The notes: generated by a model not told the origin, from the letters alone. A DNA stretch of 40,763 bases from an uncultured Thermus sp. (GCA_947085095.1 CAMTVD010000034.1:1-40763), one strand, 5' to 3'. Counted from the stretch's first letter, positions 29,644-39,254 are shown. Program-made: numbers and translations.

Positions 29644-30312
29644 CTAGAGATACTTCTGCAGCCACTCCGGGGTAAGGCGCAGGAAGAAGGTGTTGAGGAC
29701 GGTGAAGGAGCCAGTAAGGAGGAGAAGCCCCACCAAAACCAGGACCACCCCTGCGAAGCGCTCCACGTGGTGGGCAAACCGCCCCGCCCGCCTGAGCCAC
29801 CCCTTGAGCCGGTCGGCGAAAAGGGCCACCAGAAGGAAGGGTAGGGCCAGGCCGAGGATGTAGGCCAGGAGGAATCCTACCCCACCCCCCACGGCGGTGA
29901 GGGTGAGGACGGCCCCCAGGATGGGGCCGATGCAAGGGGTCCAGCCCAGGGCCAGGGTAGCCCCCAGGAGGAAGGCCCCCAGGGGGCGGCCGGTCTCCCC
30001 TTCGTAGCGGAGGTTTACTCCCCACCTGGGCCTCAGGCCCAGCATGTACAGGCCAAAGAGGATCAGGACCCCTCCCCCCACCCGGGCCAGGGTCTGGCGG
30101 TGCTCAAAGAGGAGGCCCCCAAGGAGGGTGAAGGGGAGGCCCAGGAGGAAGAAGACCGCCCCGAAGCCCAGGATGAAGAAGAGGGCGTTGAAAAGGGGGC
30201 GCCCCCGCTCTCCCCCCAGGTAGAAGAGGTAGGTGGGCACCAGGGGAAGGACACAGGGGGAGAGGAAGGAGAGCACCCCCGCCAAAAAGGCCGCGCTCAG
30301 GGAAAGGGTCAT
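29644..30312 (-). CDS. ccdA: CcdA/SoxV-type transmembrane disulfide reductase
   Basis: SFLSPCVLPLVP and GWTPCIGPILG. Confidence 0.92.
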   Translation of the reverse strand: MTLSLSAAFLAGVLSFLSPCVLPLVPTYLFYLGGERGRPLFNALFFILGFGAVFFLLGLPFTLLGGLLFEHRQTLARVGGGVLILFGLYMLGLRPRWGVNLRYEGETGRPLGAFLLGATLALGWTPCIGPILGAVLTLTAVGGGVGFLLAYILGLALPFLLVALFADRLKGWLRRAGRFAHHVERFAGVVLVLVGLLLLTGSFTVLNTFFLRLTPEWLQKYL

Positions 30313-30321
30313 GCCTTCATC

Positions 30322-30870
30322 CTAGGGCAAGGTGAGCCAGGGGAAGCGGCGCTGGGTCTCGGGGTCCAGGTCCAAAAGCTCCCGGGCGGGCATCCGGACC
30401 TGGGGCAGGGTCTTCTGGTTGATGGGGGTGTCCGCCTCGGTGATGCCGTTCATGTAGAGGAGGAAGGCCATCAGGTGGTAGACCTCCTCGTCGCTGAGGG
30501 TGCCCGCCGCCCCGAAGGGCATGGCCCGGCGGATGTAGTCAAAGAGGGTGGTGGCGTACTGCCAGTAGTTGCCAATGGCGTACTCCACCGGCTCGGTGTC
30601 CGGGGTGATGGGGAAGGGTTCCGCCACCAGGCGGTTGAAGGGGTACCCCTCTCCCCGGGCCCCGTGGCAGGAGGCGCACTTCTCCGCGTAGATGCGCTCC
30701 CCCTCCTCCACCCTCCCCTCTCCCGGGGGAAGCCCCCGGCCATCGGGCAGGACCACGGGCCTGAGGTCGTACTGGGCGGCAAGCTCCTCGCTGATGGGGG
30801 TGCCCAGCTGGTACCGGGCCCCCAGGGCCAAGCCCAAAAGGGCCGAAAGCAAGAGGACGCGCCTAACCAT
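30322..30870 (-). CDS. soxD: SoxD-like c-type cytochrome (single heme motif)
   Basis: PDGRGLPPGEG, CASCHG, IGNYWQYATTLFDYIRRAMP; follows soxC. Confidence 0.88.
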   Translation of the reverse strand: MVRRVLLLSALLGLALGARYQLGTPISEELAAQYDLRPVVLPDGRGLPPGEGRVEEGERIYAEKCASCHGARGEGYPFNRLVAEPFPITPDTEPVEYAIGNYWQYATTLFDYIRRAMPFGAAGTLSDEEVYHLMAFLLYMNGITEADTPINQKTLPQVRMPARELLDLDPETQRRFPWLTLP

Positions 30871-32146
30871 CAAACACCTCCCCACCGCACCCCCCAGCGG
30901 GGCCCCTCGCCTGGGTGCCCAGGGGGCGGTCCCCGTTCACCACCCGGCCATCGGGCAGGATGCGCCAGGCCTGGATGGCGTTGTAGTGGTAGCGGTTGTT
31001 CTTCCCCCACCTCTTGAAGAACTCCTCCCGGGTGGGCTGGGTGTTCCCCTTCTCGTCCCAGGCCCGGCTCCAGAGGACCACCTCCTTGCCGTCCCAGTAC
31101 CAGGACATCTTGAAGCGCACGAAGGCGTACCGCTCCACGGGGGGCTCGAGGGTGGCCTTTCGCCAGGTCTTCCCCTCGTCCAAGGAGATCTCCACCTTGG
31201 TAATCCGCCCATACCCGCTCCAGGCCAGGCCGCGGATCTCCTGGAAGCCTCGGTTGATCTGCTGCAACCCCGAGGGTTGGGTGATGATGGACTGGGGTTC
31301 CATGACCCAGGTGAAGGCCAGGACCCGGCCATCCGCCATCACGTCGGTGTACTCGCTGGTCTCGTCCTTGGTCATGGCGGGGAGGTCGGTGACCAGGATG
31401 CGCCTCAGCCACTTCACCTGGATGCTCCCCTCCCAGCCCGGGACCACCAGGCGCACGGGGTAGCCCTGCTCCGGGCGAAGGGCCTCCCCGTTTTGGGCGT
31501 AGGCCACCAGGACGTCCTCCATGGCCTTCTCCAGGGGCAGGGAGCGGGTGTACATGGCGGCGTCCATGCCCTCGGGGATGAGCCACCTGGCCCCGGGCTT
31601 CACCCCCGCCTCCTTGAGGAGGATGGAAAGAGGCACCCCGGTCCAGCTGGCGTTGGAGGCCAGGCCCCGGCTGCGGGTGGCGGTGAGGCCCGGGTCCGGG
31701 GGGTTGCGGTAGCCGTTTTGCCCGTTGCCGGCGCACTCAATGAAGTAGGTGCGGGTCACGGAGGGGAAGCGCTTGAGGTCCTCGAGGGTGAAGACCAGGG
31801 GGCGCTCCACCATCCCGTGGATCACCAGGCGGTAACCCTTGGGGTCCACCTGGGGCACCCCAGCGTGGTGGCGCTCAAAAAAGAGACCGTTGGGGGTGAT
31901 GACCCCCTCCAGCTTCTCCAGGGGGGCGAAGTCGGCCCCCGAGTGGCGGGTGCGCAGGTTGGGGGAGATGTAGCGCACCACTTCCTCCTCAAAGGGACTC
32001 CGGGTCCCGTACTCGGTAAGGGGAGCCCCCAGGGTCCGAAGGGTTGCAAAGGCCCGCTCATCCCAAGGAGCCCCCTGGGCCCGCCCCTTAAGGAGGGAGA
32101 AGAGCCCACCCGCGCCCAGAAGCCGGAAGAACTTCCTTCGGTCCAT
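30863..32146 (-). CDS. soxC: Sulfane dehydrogenase molybdoprotein SoxC
   Basis: Tat signal RRKFF, GVITPNGLFFERHH, FIECAGN, NGEALRPEQGYPVRL, YHYNAIQAW. Confidence 0.93.
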   Translation of the reverse strand: MDRRKFFRLLGAGGLFSLLKGRAQGAPWDERAFATLRTLGAPLTEYGTRSPFEEEVVRYISPNLRTRHSGADFAPLEKLEGVITPNGLFFERHHAGVPQVDPKGYRLVIHGMVERPLVFTLEDLKRFPSVTRTYFIECAGNGQNGYRNPPDPGLTATRSRGLASNASWTGVPLSILLKEAGVKPGARWLIPEGMDAAMYTRSLPLEKAMEDVLVAYAQNGEALRPEQGYPVRLVVPGWEGSIQVKWLRRILVTDLPAMTKDETSEYTDVMADGRVLAFTWVMEPQSIITQPSGLQQINRGFQEIRGLAWSGYGRITKVEISLDEGKTWRKATLEPPVERYAFVRFKMSWYWDGKEVVLWSRAWDEKGNTQPTREEFFKRWGKNNRYHYNAIQAWRILPDGRVVNGDRPLGTQARGPAGGCGGEVFDG

Positions 32147-32163
32147 ATACCCTCCCAGTGTAT
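32147..32163. promoter_or_regulatory. Putative CsoR/CstR-type operator ATAC-N9-GTAT over soxC RBS
   Basis: Minus strand reads ATACACTGGGAGGGTAT; same pattern as 40501-40517; contains TACACT -10-like hexamer. Confidence 0.5.
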
Positions 32164-32181
32164 CTTGCGTGCGGAAGAGAA

Positions 32182-32198
32182 TCCCGCCCCCAGCGGGA
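32182..32198 (-). terminator. Hairpin between soxF and soxC
   Basis: tcccgc-N5-gcggga followed on the minus strand by ttctt. Confidence 0.35.
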
Positions 32199-32214
32199 GC
32201 GGGACCCTAGGCCC

Positions 32215-33498
32215 TCAAGCGGGGCCAAACATGTCGTTCCAGATGCCCAAGGCCCAGCCGTAGGCCGCCTGGCCGCTGGCCGCGGAGCGCTGGTTGTCCA
32301 CGGTGGCCTGCTGGACCACCCGGCGGGCGGCCGCGTCCCAGCTATGCTGGTGGGCCACCCAGATGGCCTCCTCGGAGTTCACGAAGGAGTAGCAGATGTT
32401 GGTGGGAAGCTCGGGGGGGATCTCCGCCAGGGGCTTGCCCTTGAGGCGCTCGGCGATCTGCCGGGCCACGATGGTGCCGGAAACGTAGGCCACCATGCCG
32501 CTCTTGGGGTAGGGAGCGTTGCCCACGATGTCGCCCAGGAGGTAGACCCGGTCGTCCTTCTCGGAGAAGAAGTAAGGGAGGCGGATGTTGGCCCACCGCT
32601 CCCCCAGGCCCGCCTGGCGCACGATGTCCGCGGCCTTCATGGGGGGGATGAGGTTGGCCAAGGTGAAGGGAATATCCCCAAGCTCCGTCTTCACCAGCTT
32701 CTTCTCGTAGTCCAGGCCGGTGATGCGGGTGTTGGGCACGTACTCCAGGTAGTCCTTGTAGAGGTCGTTGTAGGCGGCCAGGAACCCGGGGGCCTTGGAG
32801 ATGGGCTGGGGGTTGGCGTCCAGGACGATGAGCTTGCCCTTGACCCCCTTGTTCTTGAGCCGCCAGGCCAGCACAGCCGCCCGCTCGTAGGGGCCCGGGG
32901 GGCAGCGGTAAGGGGGGTTGGGGATGTACATGACGAACTCCCCACCCTCCTCCTCAAACTGGTCAATCTGCCGACGGAGGGCGATGTGCTCAAAGGGCCG
33001 GAAGCCCACGGGGAGGAAGTCCTTGGCCTCCGGGTAGCCGGGGATGGCCTCGTACATGTAGGCGATCCCCGGGGAGAGGACCAGGAGGTCATAGGAGAGG
33101 TAACCCCCCGTGGTGCGGATGAGGCGGCGGTCGCGGTTGATCTCCAAGACCCGCTCCTGGACGAAGACCACCCCGTCCCGGATCACGTTGCTGTAGTCAA
33201 AGACCAGGAACTCCAGGGGCTGCACCCCCGCCAGGAAGAGGTTAGACATGGGGCAGGACATGAAGTAGCCCCGCTGCTCCACCAGGACCACCTCGGCCTC
33301 GGGCACCGCCTGCTTCAGCTTGCGGGCCGCGGTGGTCCCGCCCCAGCCCCCCCCCACCACCACTACCCGGGGGGCCCGGGTGCGGGGAAGCAAAGTGGGG
33401 GGCTTGGCGTAGAACTCCTGAGCGAAGCCCTGGCCCAGGGCCCCGGCCGCCGCTAGGGCAGCCCCCGTCTTGATCACCTGACGCCGGTTCACCTTCAT
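32215..33498 (-). CDS. soxF: Flavocytochrome c sulfide dehydrogenase flavoprotein (SoxF/FccB)
   Basis: Tat signal RRQVIK, GGGWGG, SCPMSN, PYRCPPGPYER, GD..PKSG, NICYS. Confidence 0.9.
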   Translation of the reverse strand: MKVNRRQVIKTGAALAAAGALGQGFAQEFYAKPPTLLPRTRAPRVVVVGGGWGGTTAARKLKQAVPEAEVVLVEQRGYFMSCPMSNLFLAGVQPLEFLVFDYSNVIRDGVVFVQERVLEINRDRRLIRTTGGYLSYDLLVLSPGIAYMYEAIPGYPEAKDFLPVGFRPFEHIALRRQIDQFEEEGGEFVMYIPNPPYRCPPGPYERAAVLAWRLKNKGVKGKLIVLDANPQPISKAPGFLAAYNDLYKDYLEYVPNTRITGLDYEKKLVKTELGDIPFTLANLIPPMKAADIVRQAGLGERWANIRLPYFFSEKDDRVYLLGDIVGNAPYPKSGMVAYVSGTIVARQIAERLKGKPLAEIPPELPTNICYSFVNSEEAIWVAHQHSWDAAARRVVQQATVDNQRSAASGQAAYGWALGIWNDMFGPA

Positions 33499-33510
33499 CT
33501 TCTCCCTCCT

Positions 33511-34362
33511 CTATTGACCAGGGCGGTACGGCACCCCGCCCACGGCCTCCAAAACGGCGCCCATAACCTGCCGGGCCTCCTGGAGCATGGGCACCGCGGG
33601 TGTGCCCATCACCCCCGGCATGATGGTCATCAGCATGGGCTCAATGGCCCCCACCAGCACGTCCGGGCCCATCTGCAGGGCGAAGAAGCGGCAGGGTGCG
33701 GCAAAGCCTCCGGCGGGCTGGGTGAGGAACATTATACGGGCCCACTCGCTCTTGCAGGGCATGATCACGGTCACCGGGCCCACCTGGACGTTGGGGAGGA
33801 GGTTCATCCCCAGGGAGGTAAGCTCGGTCTCCACCATGAGGACCACGTCCTCCACCTGGGCCGAGGGCACCCGGTAGAGGAGGGCGGGCATCAGGCCGCT
33901 CCTGGGGTCGGGCATAAGGGCGGGGGGAAGGCGCTTCACAAGGCCCACGCGCCAAAGGGCCCCCTCGAGGCGCCAGGTAAGCCGCTCCACCTCGCCCCCG
34001 TAGACCCCCAGCATGCCAAAGAGGAGCCGCCCGTCAAAGGTGCCCACCAGGTACTTCCCCCCTTCCCCGGTGATGAAGAGGGTGGGGGGCAGAACGATGG
34101 CCGCCATGGGGTTCTTGGAGACGGCGGCCAGGCTCCCCTTCTCCGGCTTCAGGACGATGAGGCGGTACTCGGGGAAGCCCGGACCCGTCACCTGGCGCAC
34201 CTGCTCTCCCAGGTTCAGGACCCGGTCGGGCTCGAGGCCCACGCTCTTCAGGGCCTGGATGGTCCTGGCCTCCACCTCTTCCAGGGAGCCCTTAACCTCC
34301 ACCACTAGGGACTGGGCCAGGGCCAGACCCAAAACCGCTAAAAGGGCCAAAAGCTTTTTCAT
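33511..34362 (-). CDS. Exported protein with tandem DUF302-like domains
   Basis: Signal peptide; two similar halves; second half has IMPCK...FAAPCR Cys pair. Confidence 0.6.
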   Translation of the reverse strand: MKKLLALLAVLGLALAQSLVVEVKGSLEEVEARTIQALKSVGLEPDRVLNLGEQVRQVTGPGFPEYRLIVLKPEKGSLAAVSKNPMAAIVLPPTLFITGEGGKYLVGTFDGRLLFGMLGVYGGEVERLTWRLEGALWRVGLVKRLPPALMPDPRSGLMPALLYRVPSAQVEDVVLMVETELTSLGMNLLPNVQVGPVTVIMPCKSEWARIMFLTQPAGGFAAPCRFFALQMGPDVLVGAIEPMLMTIMPGVMGTPAVPMLQEARQVMGAVLEAVGGVPYRPGQ

Positions 34363-34796
34363 TGTTCCACCTCCACCTCAAGACCAGCATCCAGCCAGCC
34401 CTTGAATCCGTGAGCGATGTTCTTGGCGTTCTTGTATCCCAGCGCCTGCAGATAGGCGGCGATCACCATGGAAACGCTCCCTGAGCTGCAGTAGACCAGG
34501 ATCAAGGCTTCCTTGTCCTTGGGGAGCTCGCCAAGCCGCTTGGGAACCTCCCCCGCATAGATGTGGACCGAGCCCGGGATGTACCCCCGCTTCCGCTCCT
34601 CCAGGGTGCGCACGTCCAGGACCAAAGGCTCAAAGAGGAGGAGGTCCCTGGCCTCCGTGGGGTAGACCAGGTAGCTGGCGGGAGGCACCCTCTGGATGAA
34701 GGCCCCGAAGGCCTCCGTCCAGTTTGCAGCCCCCTCCCCCTGGCCCCGGGCCAGGGCCAGGAAGGGAAAGGCAAGGAGGAGGTCCCGGCGGCGCAT
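34359..34796 (-). CDS. Exported rhodanese-domain sulfurtransferase
   Basis: RRRDLL Tat-like signal, LDVRT..E...GYIPGS, YCSSGSVS active loop, GFKGW. Confidence 0.88.
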   Translation of the reverse strand: MRRRDLLLAFPFLALARGQGEGAANWTEAFGAFIQRVPPASYLVYPTEARDLLLFEPLVLDVRTLEERKRGYIPGSVHIYAGEVPKRLGELPKDKEALILVYCSSGSVSMVIAAYLQALGYKNAKNIAHGFKGWLDAGLEVEVEQ

Positions 34797-34798
34797 AC

Positions 34799-35593
34799 CT
34801 ACCTCGTGAAGAAGGGCAACTCTTCAAAGGAGCGCCCGGCCTTGCTGGCCTCGGCCAGCATGTAAAGGGTCAGGGCGACGTAGGGCTCGGAGTAGTAAGC
34901 GGGTTTAGGGATACCGATGGACTCGTAGCAAAAGTCAATGCGGTCCTGCATGGTGTAGAGCTTGTCCGCCTCAAACCGGTAGGCGGGCCACTCGCTACCC
35001 AGGCCCTGGCTGGGGCTACGCAAGGGGGAAAGGCGGACCCGCCTGCCCGCATAGCGATCGTGGCAAGCGGCGCAGTTCATGTCCCGGTTGCCCGCCCGCC
35101 AGTACCATAGCTCCCGCCCCAGGTTGTAGAGGGCAAGCTCCTGGGGATGTTTGGGCACCACCTGCATCCTGGCCTTGGAGGAGAAGCTGGCCACGTAGGC
35201 GGTGATGGCCCGCACCTCGTCCCGCTTGATCTCCTGGGGCTTATAGCCCTGGACCTTCTGCATGCAGGTGTAAATCCGGGTCTCCAGGTCCTCCACCCGC
35301 TTGGAGTCGGGGAAGTACTTGGGGAGCTGGGCGTAGGCCCCCTCCAGGACCCCAGGTCCCTTGCCGAAGTCGCAGGCCTCGAGGGTCTTCCCGGAAGGCC
35401 CTTTGCGGTAGAAGAGCTCCTTCCCCTCCTCCACGTAAAGCTCCCCGGGCAGAATCCCGAAGGTCTCCAGGTACATCTGCCGCTGGCGCATGGCCTCTTC
35501 AAAGGGGTCCAAGGGTTTCTGGGCCTGGGTGTAGGCGAAAAGGGCGCCCAATGCGGTAAGGGCCACGCCTAAAACAAGGGATGTCCGCTTCAT
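34799..35593 (-). CDS. soxA: SoxA (copy 2)
   Basis: DLETRIYTCM, CAACH, WPAYR, MQDRIDFC. Confidence 0.9.
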   Translation of the reverse strand: MKRTSLVLGVALTALGALFAYTQAQKPLDPFEEAMRQRQMYLETFGILPGELYVEEGKELFYRKGPSGKTLEACDFGKGPGVLEGAYAQLPKYFPDSKRVEDLETRIYTCMQKVQGYKPQEIKRDEVRAITAYVASFSSKARMQVVPKHPQELALYNLGRELWYWRAGNRDMNCAACHDRYAGRRVRLSPLRSPSQGLGSEWPAYRFEADKLYTMQDRIDFCYESIGIPKPAYYSEPYVALTLYMLAEASKAGRSFEELPFFTR

Positions 35594-35595
35594 CC

Positions 35596-36159
35596 TCACC
35601 TCCGGTTCACAGGGGACCCGGGGTCCAAGAGGAAGGCCACGATGTGGGCGGCCTCCTCCGGGGTAAAGTGGCCCTGGACCCCGCCCCGGTACATGAGGGA
35701 GCAGGGGAAGTAGGCCCAGGCGTTGTAGACCACCTCGTAGACGTATTTCTGGACGGCCTCCCCTTGGCCCCGCAAGGCCCCATACCCCCTAAGGTCAGGC
35801 CCAATGGTGCCAAAGGCCACTTCAGCGGGGTCCCCGGAGTGGCAGGCGTAGCAGTTCCCCCTCTTGGGGTCGGTGAAGATCTCCTGCCCTTTCCTCCAGT
35901 CCCCCATGAGCTTGCCGTCAGCGGGGTACTTGATGAGGGCCCGCTGCTCGGCCAGAAAGGCGGGGAGGAGGTTGGCGGGGAGCCTGTCCCGGTGCTGGGA
36001 GCAGAGGGCCTGGGCTTTGTCTTGGGCCAGCATCACCCTGGCGAACTCCGTCCCCCCGTCCCGGACGGCCGCTTCCAGGCGGGCCCGGAAGGGCCCCACC
36101 TGGGAAAGCCCCAGGCCGAGAAGCAATAGGCCCACGACCCAAATCCCTTTTCGCTTCAT
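35596..36159 (-). CDS. soxX: SoxX (copy 2)
   Basis: GDWRKG, GNCYACH, GTIGPDL, PCSLM. Confidence 0.9.
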   Translation of the reverse strand: MKRKGIWVVGLLLLGLGLSQVGPFRARLEAAVRDGGTEFARVMLAQDKAQALCSQHRDRLPANLLPAFLAEQRALIKYPADGKLMGDWRKGQEIFTDPKRGNCYACHSGDPAEVAFGTIGPDLRGYGALRGQGEAVQKYVYEVVYNAWAYFPCSLMYRGGVQGHFTPEEAAHIVAFLLDPGSPVNRR

Positions 36160-37877
36160 CCCCTCACCTCCGGCATGCGGTAGTTGCGCCCCAGAACCTT
36201 CACGTTGGGCTCGGGCAGGAGGCGCACCCGGCCCACGGACTTGAGATAGCTGGCCAGCACCTCGTAGATGGGCCTGGGCTCGTGCCCCGGCTTGGCCTCT
36301 CCTGCCCGCTGGAGCCTTCCCCCGTACGAGGCCACCAGGTAGCGGCGGCCCGGGTCCAGGGGCTTGCCGTTCACCTCCAGCTCCCGGATGCGGCTTCCCG
36401 TGGGGGCATCGGGGTCCAGGGCGTAGCGGAGGCCCACGGCCCGGCTCACATCCCCCCCCTGCTGGTAGAAGGGGTCCGGGGTGAAGACGTTGCTGGCGAT
36501 ATCCTCCAGGACGCTCCGGATCTGCTCCCCCCGCAGGTAGAAAAGATAGAGCTCGGGGTAGGTGAAGCCCAAGTAGGCGTAAAGGTGGTCCCAGGTGATG
36601 GCCTCTCCCGGCAAAACCGTGGTGCCCCAGCGCACCGCCGGGCTGAAGACCACCTCCACCTCGGGGTAGAGGGCCTTGACCGCCTCCCCCACCAGCTGGT
36701 CAAAGGTGGAGTAGAGGGTGTCCCGTTTGTAGAGGAGGGTTTCCGTGACCGCCAGGGGCGCAAAGAGGTGCTGGCGGTGGGGGGCAATCTGGGCCTCGAG
36801 GAAGGCCTCCACGTCCTCGGCCTTGGGCAGGTGCTGGGCCAAAACGGGAAGGACCCGCACCCGGAGGTTGGCGATCCCCCCTTTGCGGAGCTTGAGGTCC
36901 ACCCGCATGAGGGCCTTGCCCGCGGCGCTTCCCGCCACAATCCAGGTCTTCCCCACCCGCCAGGGCAGGGGGGTGAGGTCGTGGGTGTGGCCGGAGAGGA
37001 TGAGGTCAATCCCCTCCACCCGCTCCGCCAAGGCGGCGTCCAGCTGCAGGCCGTTGTGGGAGAGGAGGACCACGGCGTCCGCCCCCTCGGCCCGGGCCCT
37101 TTGCACCGCCTCCCTTAGCCTCCTCTCGTCCAGGGCAAAGGAGAGGCCCTCAGTGAACTCCTCGGGGTGGGAGACCTTCACGTAGGGGTAGCTGGCCCCC
37201 ACCACGGCCAGGGCGTAGGCTCCCGCCCGGTGGATGCGGTAGGCGGGAAAGAGGGGATCGCCGAAGAGCTCGTCCACGATGTTGTAGGAGAGAAGCTCCC
37301 CCTGGAAGCCCTGGAGGAGTTCCTCCACCCTCTCCCGCCCCAGGGTCCACTCCCAGTGGGAAACCATGTGGTCCACGCCCACCCGGTTCTGCCAGTCCAC
37401 GATGGCCTTTCCCTGGGTGAGGAGGGAAAGCCCCGAGTTGGTCCAGGTATCCCCCCCGTCCAGGAGCAGAACCTTGGCCCCTCCGGCCTCTGCCTGGGCC
37501 CTTTGCTGGCGGATGAGGGCGGTCAGCGGGCTAAGCCCTCCGATGGGGCCAAAGGCGCGGGCCAGCTCCACGAAGTCCAGGTGGGAGAGGAGGTAGGCCA
37601 AGGGAGTCTTCCGCGCCACCCCGTAGCGGCGGAGGATGGCCTCCCCCGTGAGGTACCCGGGACGGCCCATGAGGGGCTTGGGGGCGATGAGGTTAGGGGG
37701 CTCCATGAAGTAGTGGGGGAAGGCCTGGGCGTGGAGGTCGGAAAAGTAGAGGAGGGTGGCCTCCCCGTAAGGAGGGAGGTCGTAGAGGCGCTTGGGGTCC
37801 TCCAGTACCTGGGCCAGGGCCCGGGGGGAGAGGCCCGCCAGGGTGGAAAGGAGGAAGAGGAGCTCCCTGCGGTTCAT
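36156..37877 (-). CDS. soxB: Sulfate thiohydrolase SoxB
   Basis: Tat signal, SDLHAQ, DGGDTW, SHWEW, LSHNG, SGHTHD, RWGT, DPFYQQGGD. Confidence 0.95.
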   Translation of the reverse strand: MNRRELLFLLSTLAGLSPRALAQVLEDPKRLYDLPPYGEATLLYFSDLHAQAFPHYFMEPPNLIAPKPLMGRPGYLTGEAILRRYGVARKTPLAYLLSHLDFVELARAFGPIGGLSPLTALIRQQRAQAEAGGAKVLLLDGGDTWTNSGLSLLTQGKAIVDWQNRVGVDHMVSHWEWTLGRERVEELLQGFQGELLSYNIVDELFGDPLFPAYRIHRAGAYALAVVGASYPYVKVSHPEEFTEGLSFALDERRLREAVQRARAEGADAVVLLSHNGLQLDAALAERVEGIDLILSGHTHDLTPLPWRVGKTWIVAGSAAGKALMRVDLKLRKGGIANLRVRVLPVLAQHLPKAEDVEAFLEAQIAPHRQHLFAPLAVTETLLYKRDTLYSTFDQLVGEAVKALYPEVEVVFSPAVRWGTTVLPGEAITWDHLYAYLGFTYPELYLFYLRGEQIRSVLEDIASNVFTPDPFYQQGGDVSRAVGLRYALDPDAPTGSRIRELEVNGKPLDPGRRYLVASYGGRLQRAGEAKPGHEPRPIYEVLASYLKSVGRVRLLPEPNVKVLGRNYRMPEVRG

Positions 37878-38449
37878 TTAGACCCCACCGCGGGCTTGGT
37901 GTTGAAGTCGGACGCCGGGTCCAGGAGGTAGGCCACCACGTGGGCGATCTCCTCCGGGGTGAGCCCCCCCAAGGCCCCGAAGCGGTACATCACCGAGCAG
38001 GGGAAGTAGGCCCAGGGATTGTAGATGACCTCGTAAGTGTAGCGCTGGATGGCCTCCGACTGGCCCCGGTTCAGGCCGTACTTCTCCAGGTTGGGCCCCA
38101 CGTCCCCGCCCAGGTGGACGGGGGAGCCAAAGTGGCAGGAGAAGCAGTTCGCCTTGCGAAGGTCGTTGAAGATCTCCCCGCCCCTCCGCCAGTCCCCCAT
38201 GAGCTTCCCGTCGGCGGGGTATTTGATCAGGGCCCGTTGCTCCTCTAGGAACTGGGGCAGGAGGTCGGCGGGGAGGCGGTTTCTGTGGATGGAGCAGAGG
38301 GCCTGGTCGGGGCGCTGGCCCGTAAAGGCCTCCGCATAGGTCCTGCCCCCTGCCTGGATGAGCTTAAGCTCCTCCTCGGTAAAGTAGCGCTGGGCCAAGG
38401 CCAAGGCTAAGATCAGCAAGGCCAAAAGGAAGAGGAAAGTTTGCCTCAT
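37874..38449 (-). CDS. soxX: SoxX (copy 1)
   Basis: GDWRRG, NCFSCH, GDVGPNL, PCSVM. Confidence 0.9.
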   Translation of the reverse strand: MRQTFLFLLALLILALALAQRYFTEEELKLIQAGGRTYAEAFTGQRPDQALCSIHRNRLPADLLPQFLEEQRALIKYPADGKLMGDWRRGGEIFNDLRKANCFSCHFGSPVHLGGDVGPNLEKYGLNRGQSEAIQRYTYEVIYNPWAYFPCSVMYRFGALGGLTPEEIAHVVAYLLDPASDFNTKPAVGSK

Positions 38450-38458
38450 ACACCCTCC

Positions 38459-39238
38459 TCACCGCACGAAGGCGGGCCACTCCTCCACCACCGCCCCATT
38501 GGCTTGATAGGCCATGAAAAGTTGCAGGGCCAAAACGGGAAGGGAGTAGAGCTCAGGACCAGGATGGCCCACCACGGTATAGCAGGCCCGGATGCGGTCC
38601 TGCATGGTCCAAGCCTGGTCGTTGGAGTAGCGGTAGGCGGGCCAGTTGGTCCAGGACTTGTCCTTGCCCAGAACATCGGCGTAACGGAGTACCCCCGCCC
38701 GCCTTTCCACGTAGGTCACGTGGCAGGTGGCGCAGCCAAAGTCCCGCCGACCGCTCCGGGCGTAGAAGAGCTTCTCCCCCAGGGCGTAGAGCTCCCGTTC
38801 CTGGGGGAAGAGGAGGCGCACCTGGATCCTGTGCCCGGTGGACTTGCTGGCGATGTAGAAGGCGATGGCCACCACCTCGGAGCGCCTGATCTGCTCCGGC
38901 TTGAAGCCCTGAACCCGGGTCATGCAGGTGAGGATGCGGCTGTCCAGGTCCTCCACCTTGCCCGTATCCAGGAAGTAGCGGGGAAGCCGGGCGGCGGCGC
39001 CCTCCAGGACCCCCTTGCCCAGACCGAAGTCGCACTCAGCCATGGTCTTGCCCGAGGGACCCTTGCGGTTAAAAAGCTCCTCCCCCTGGGCCACCACCAG
39101 CTCCGTGGGCAGGATCCCCGCCGTTTGCAGGAGAAGCTCCTTTTGCCTTTTCGCCTCCTCCCGAGGGTCCACTTCCCCTTGGGCCAGCCCTATCCCTAAA
39201 AGGAGAAACATCAGGCCTACCTGCCACCCTTTGCCCAT
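38459..39238 (-). CDS. soxA: SoxA (copy 1)
   Basis: DLDSRILTCM, CATCH, WPAYR, MQDRIRAC. Confidence 0.9.
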   Translation of the reverse strand: MGKGWQVGLMFLLLGIGLAQGEVDPREEAKRQKELLLQTAGILPTELVVAQGEELFNRKGPSGKTMAECDFGLGKGVLEGAAARLPRYFLDTGKVEDLDSRILTCMTRVQGFKPEQIRRSEVVAIAFYIASKSTGHRIQVRLLFPQERELYALGEKLFYARSGRRDFGCATCHVTYVERRAGVLRYADVLGKDKSWTNWPAYRYSNDQAWTMQDRIRACYTVVGHPGPELYSLPVLALQLFMAYQANGAVVEEWPAFVR

Positions 39239-39254
39239 AGGCCACCTCCATAAA

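Noticed and set aside
25397..33456. Long plus-strand ORFs (e.g. 589, 523 and 432 aa) opposite ccm and sox genes
   Set aside because: Typical stop-poor antisense frames in ~70% GC DNA; no motifs; the sense genes are clearly identifiable
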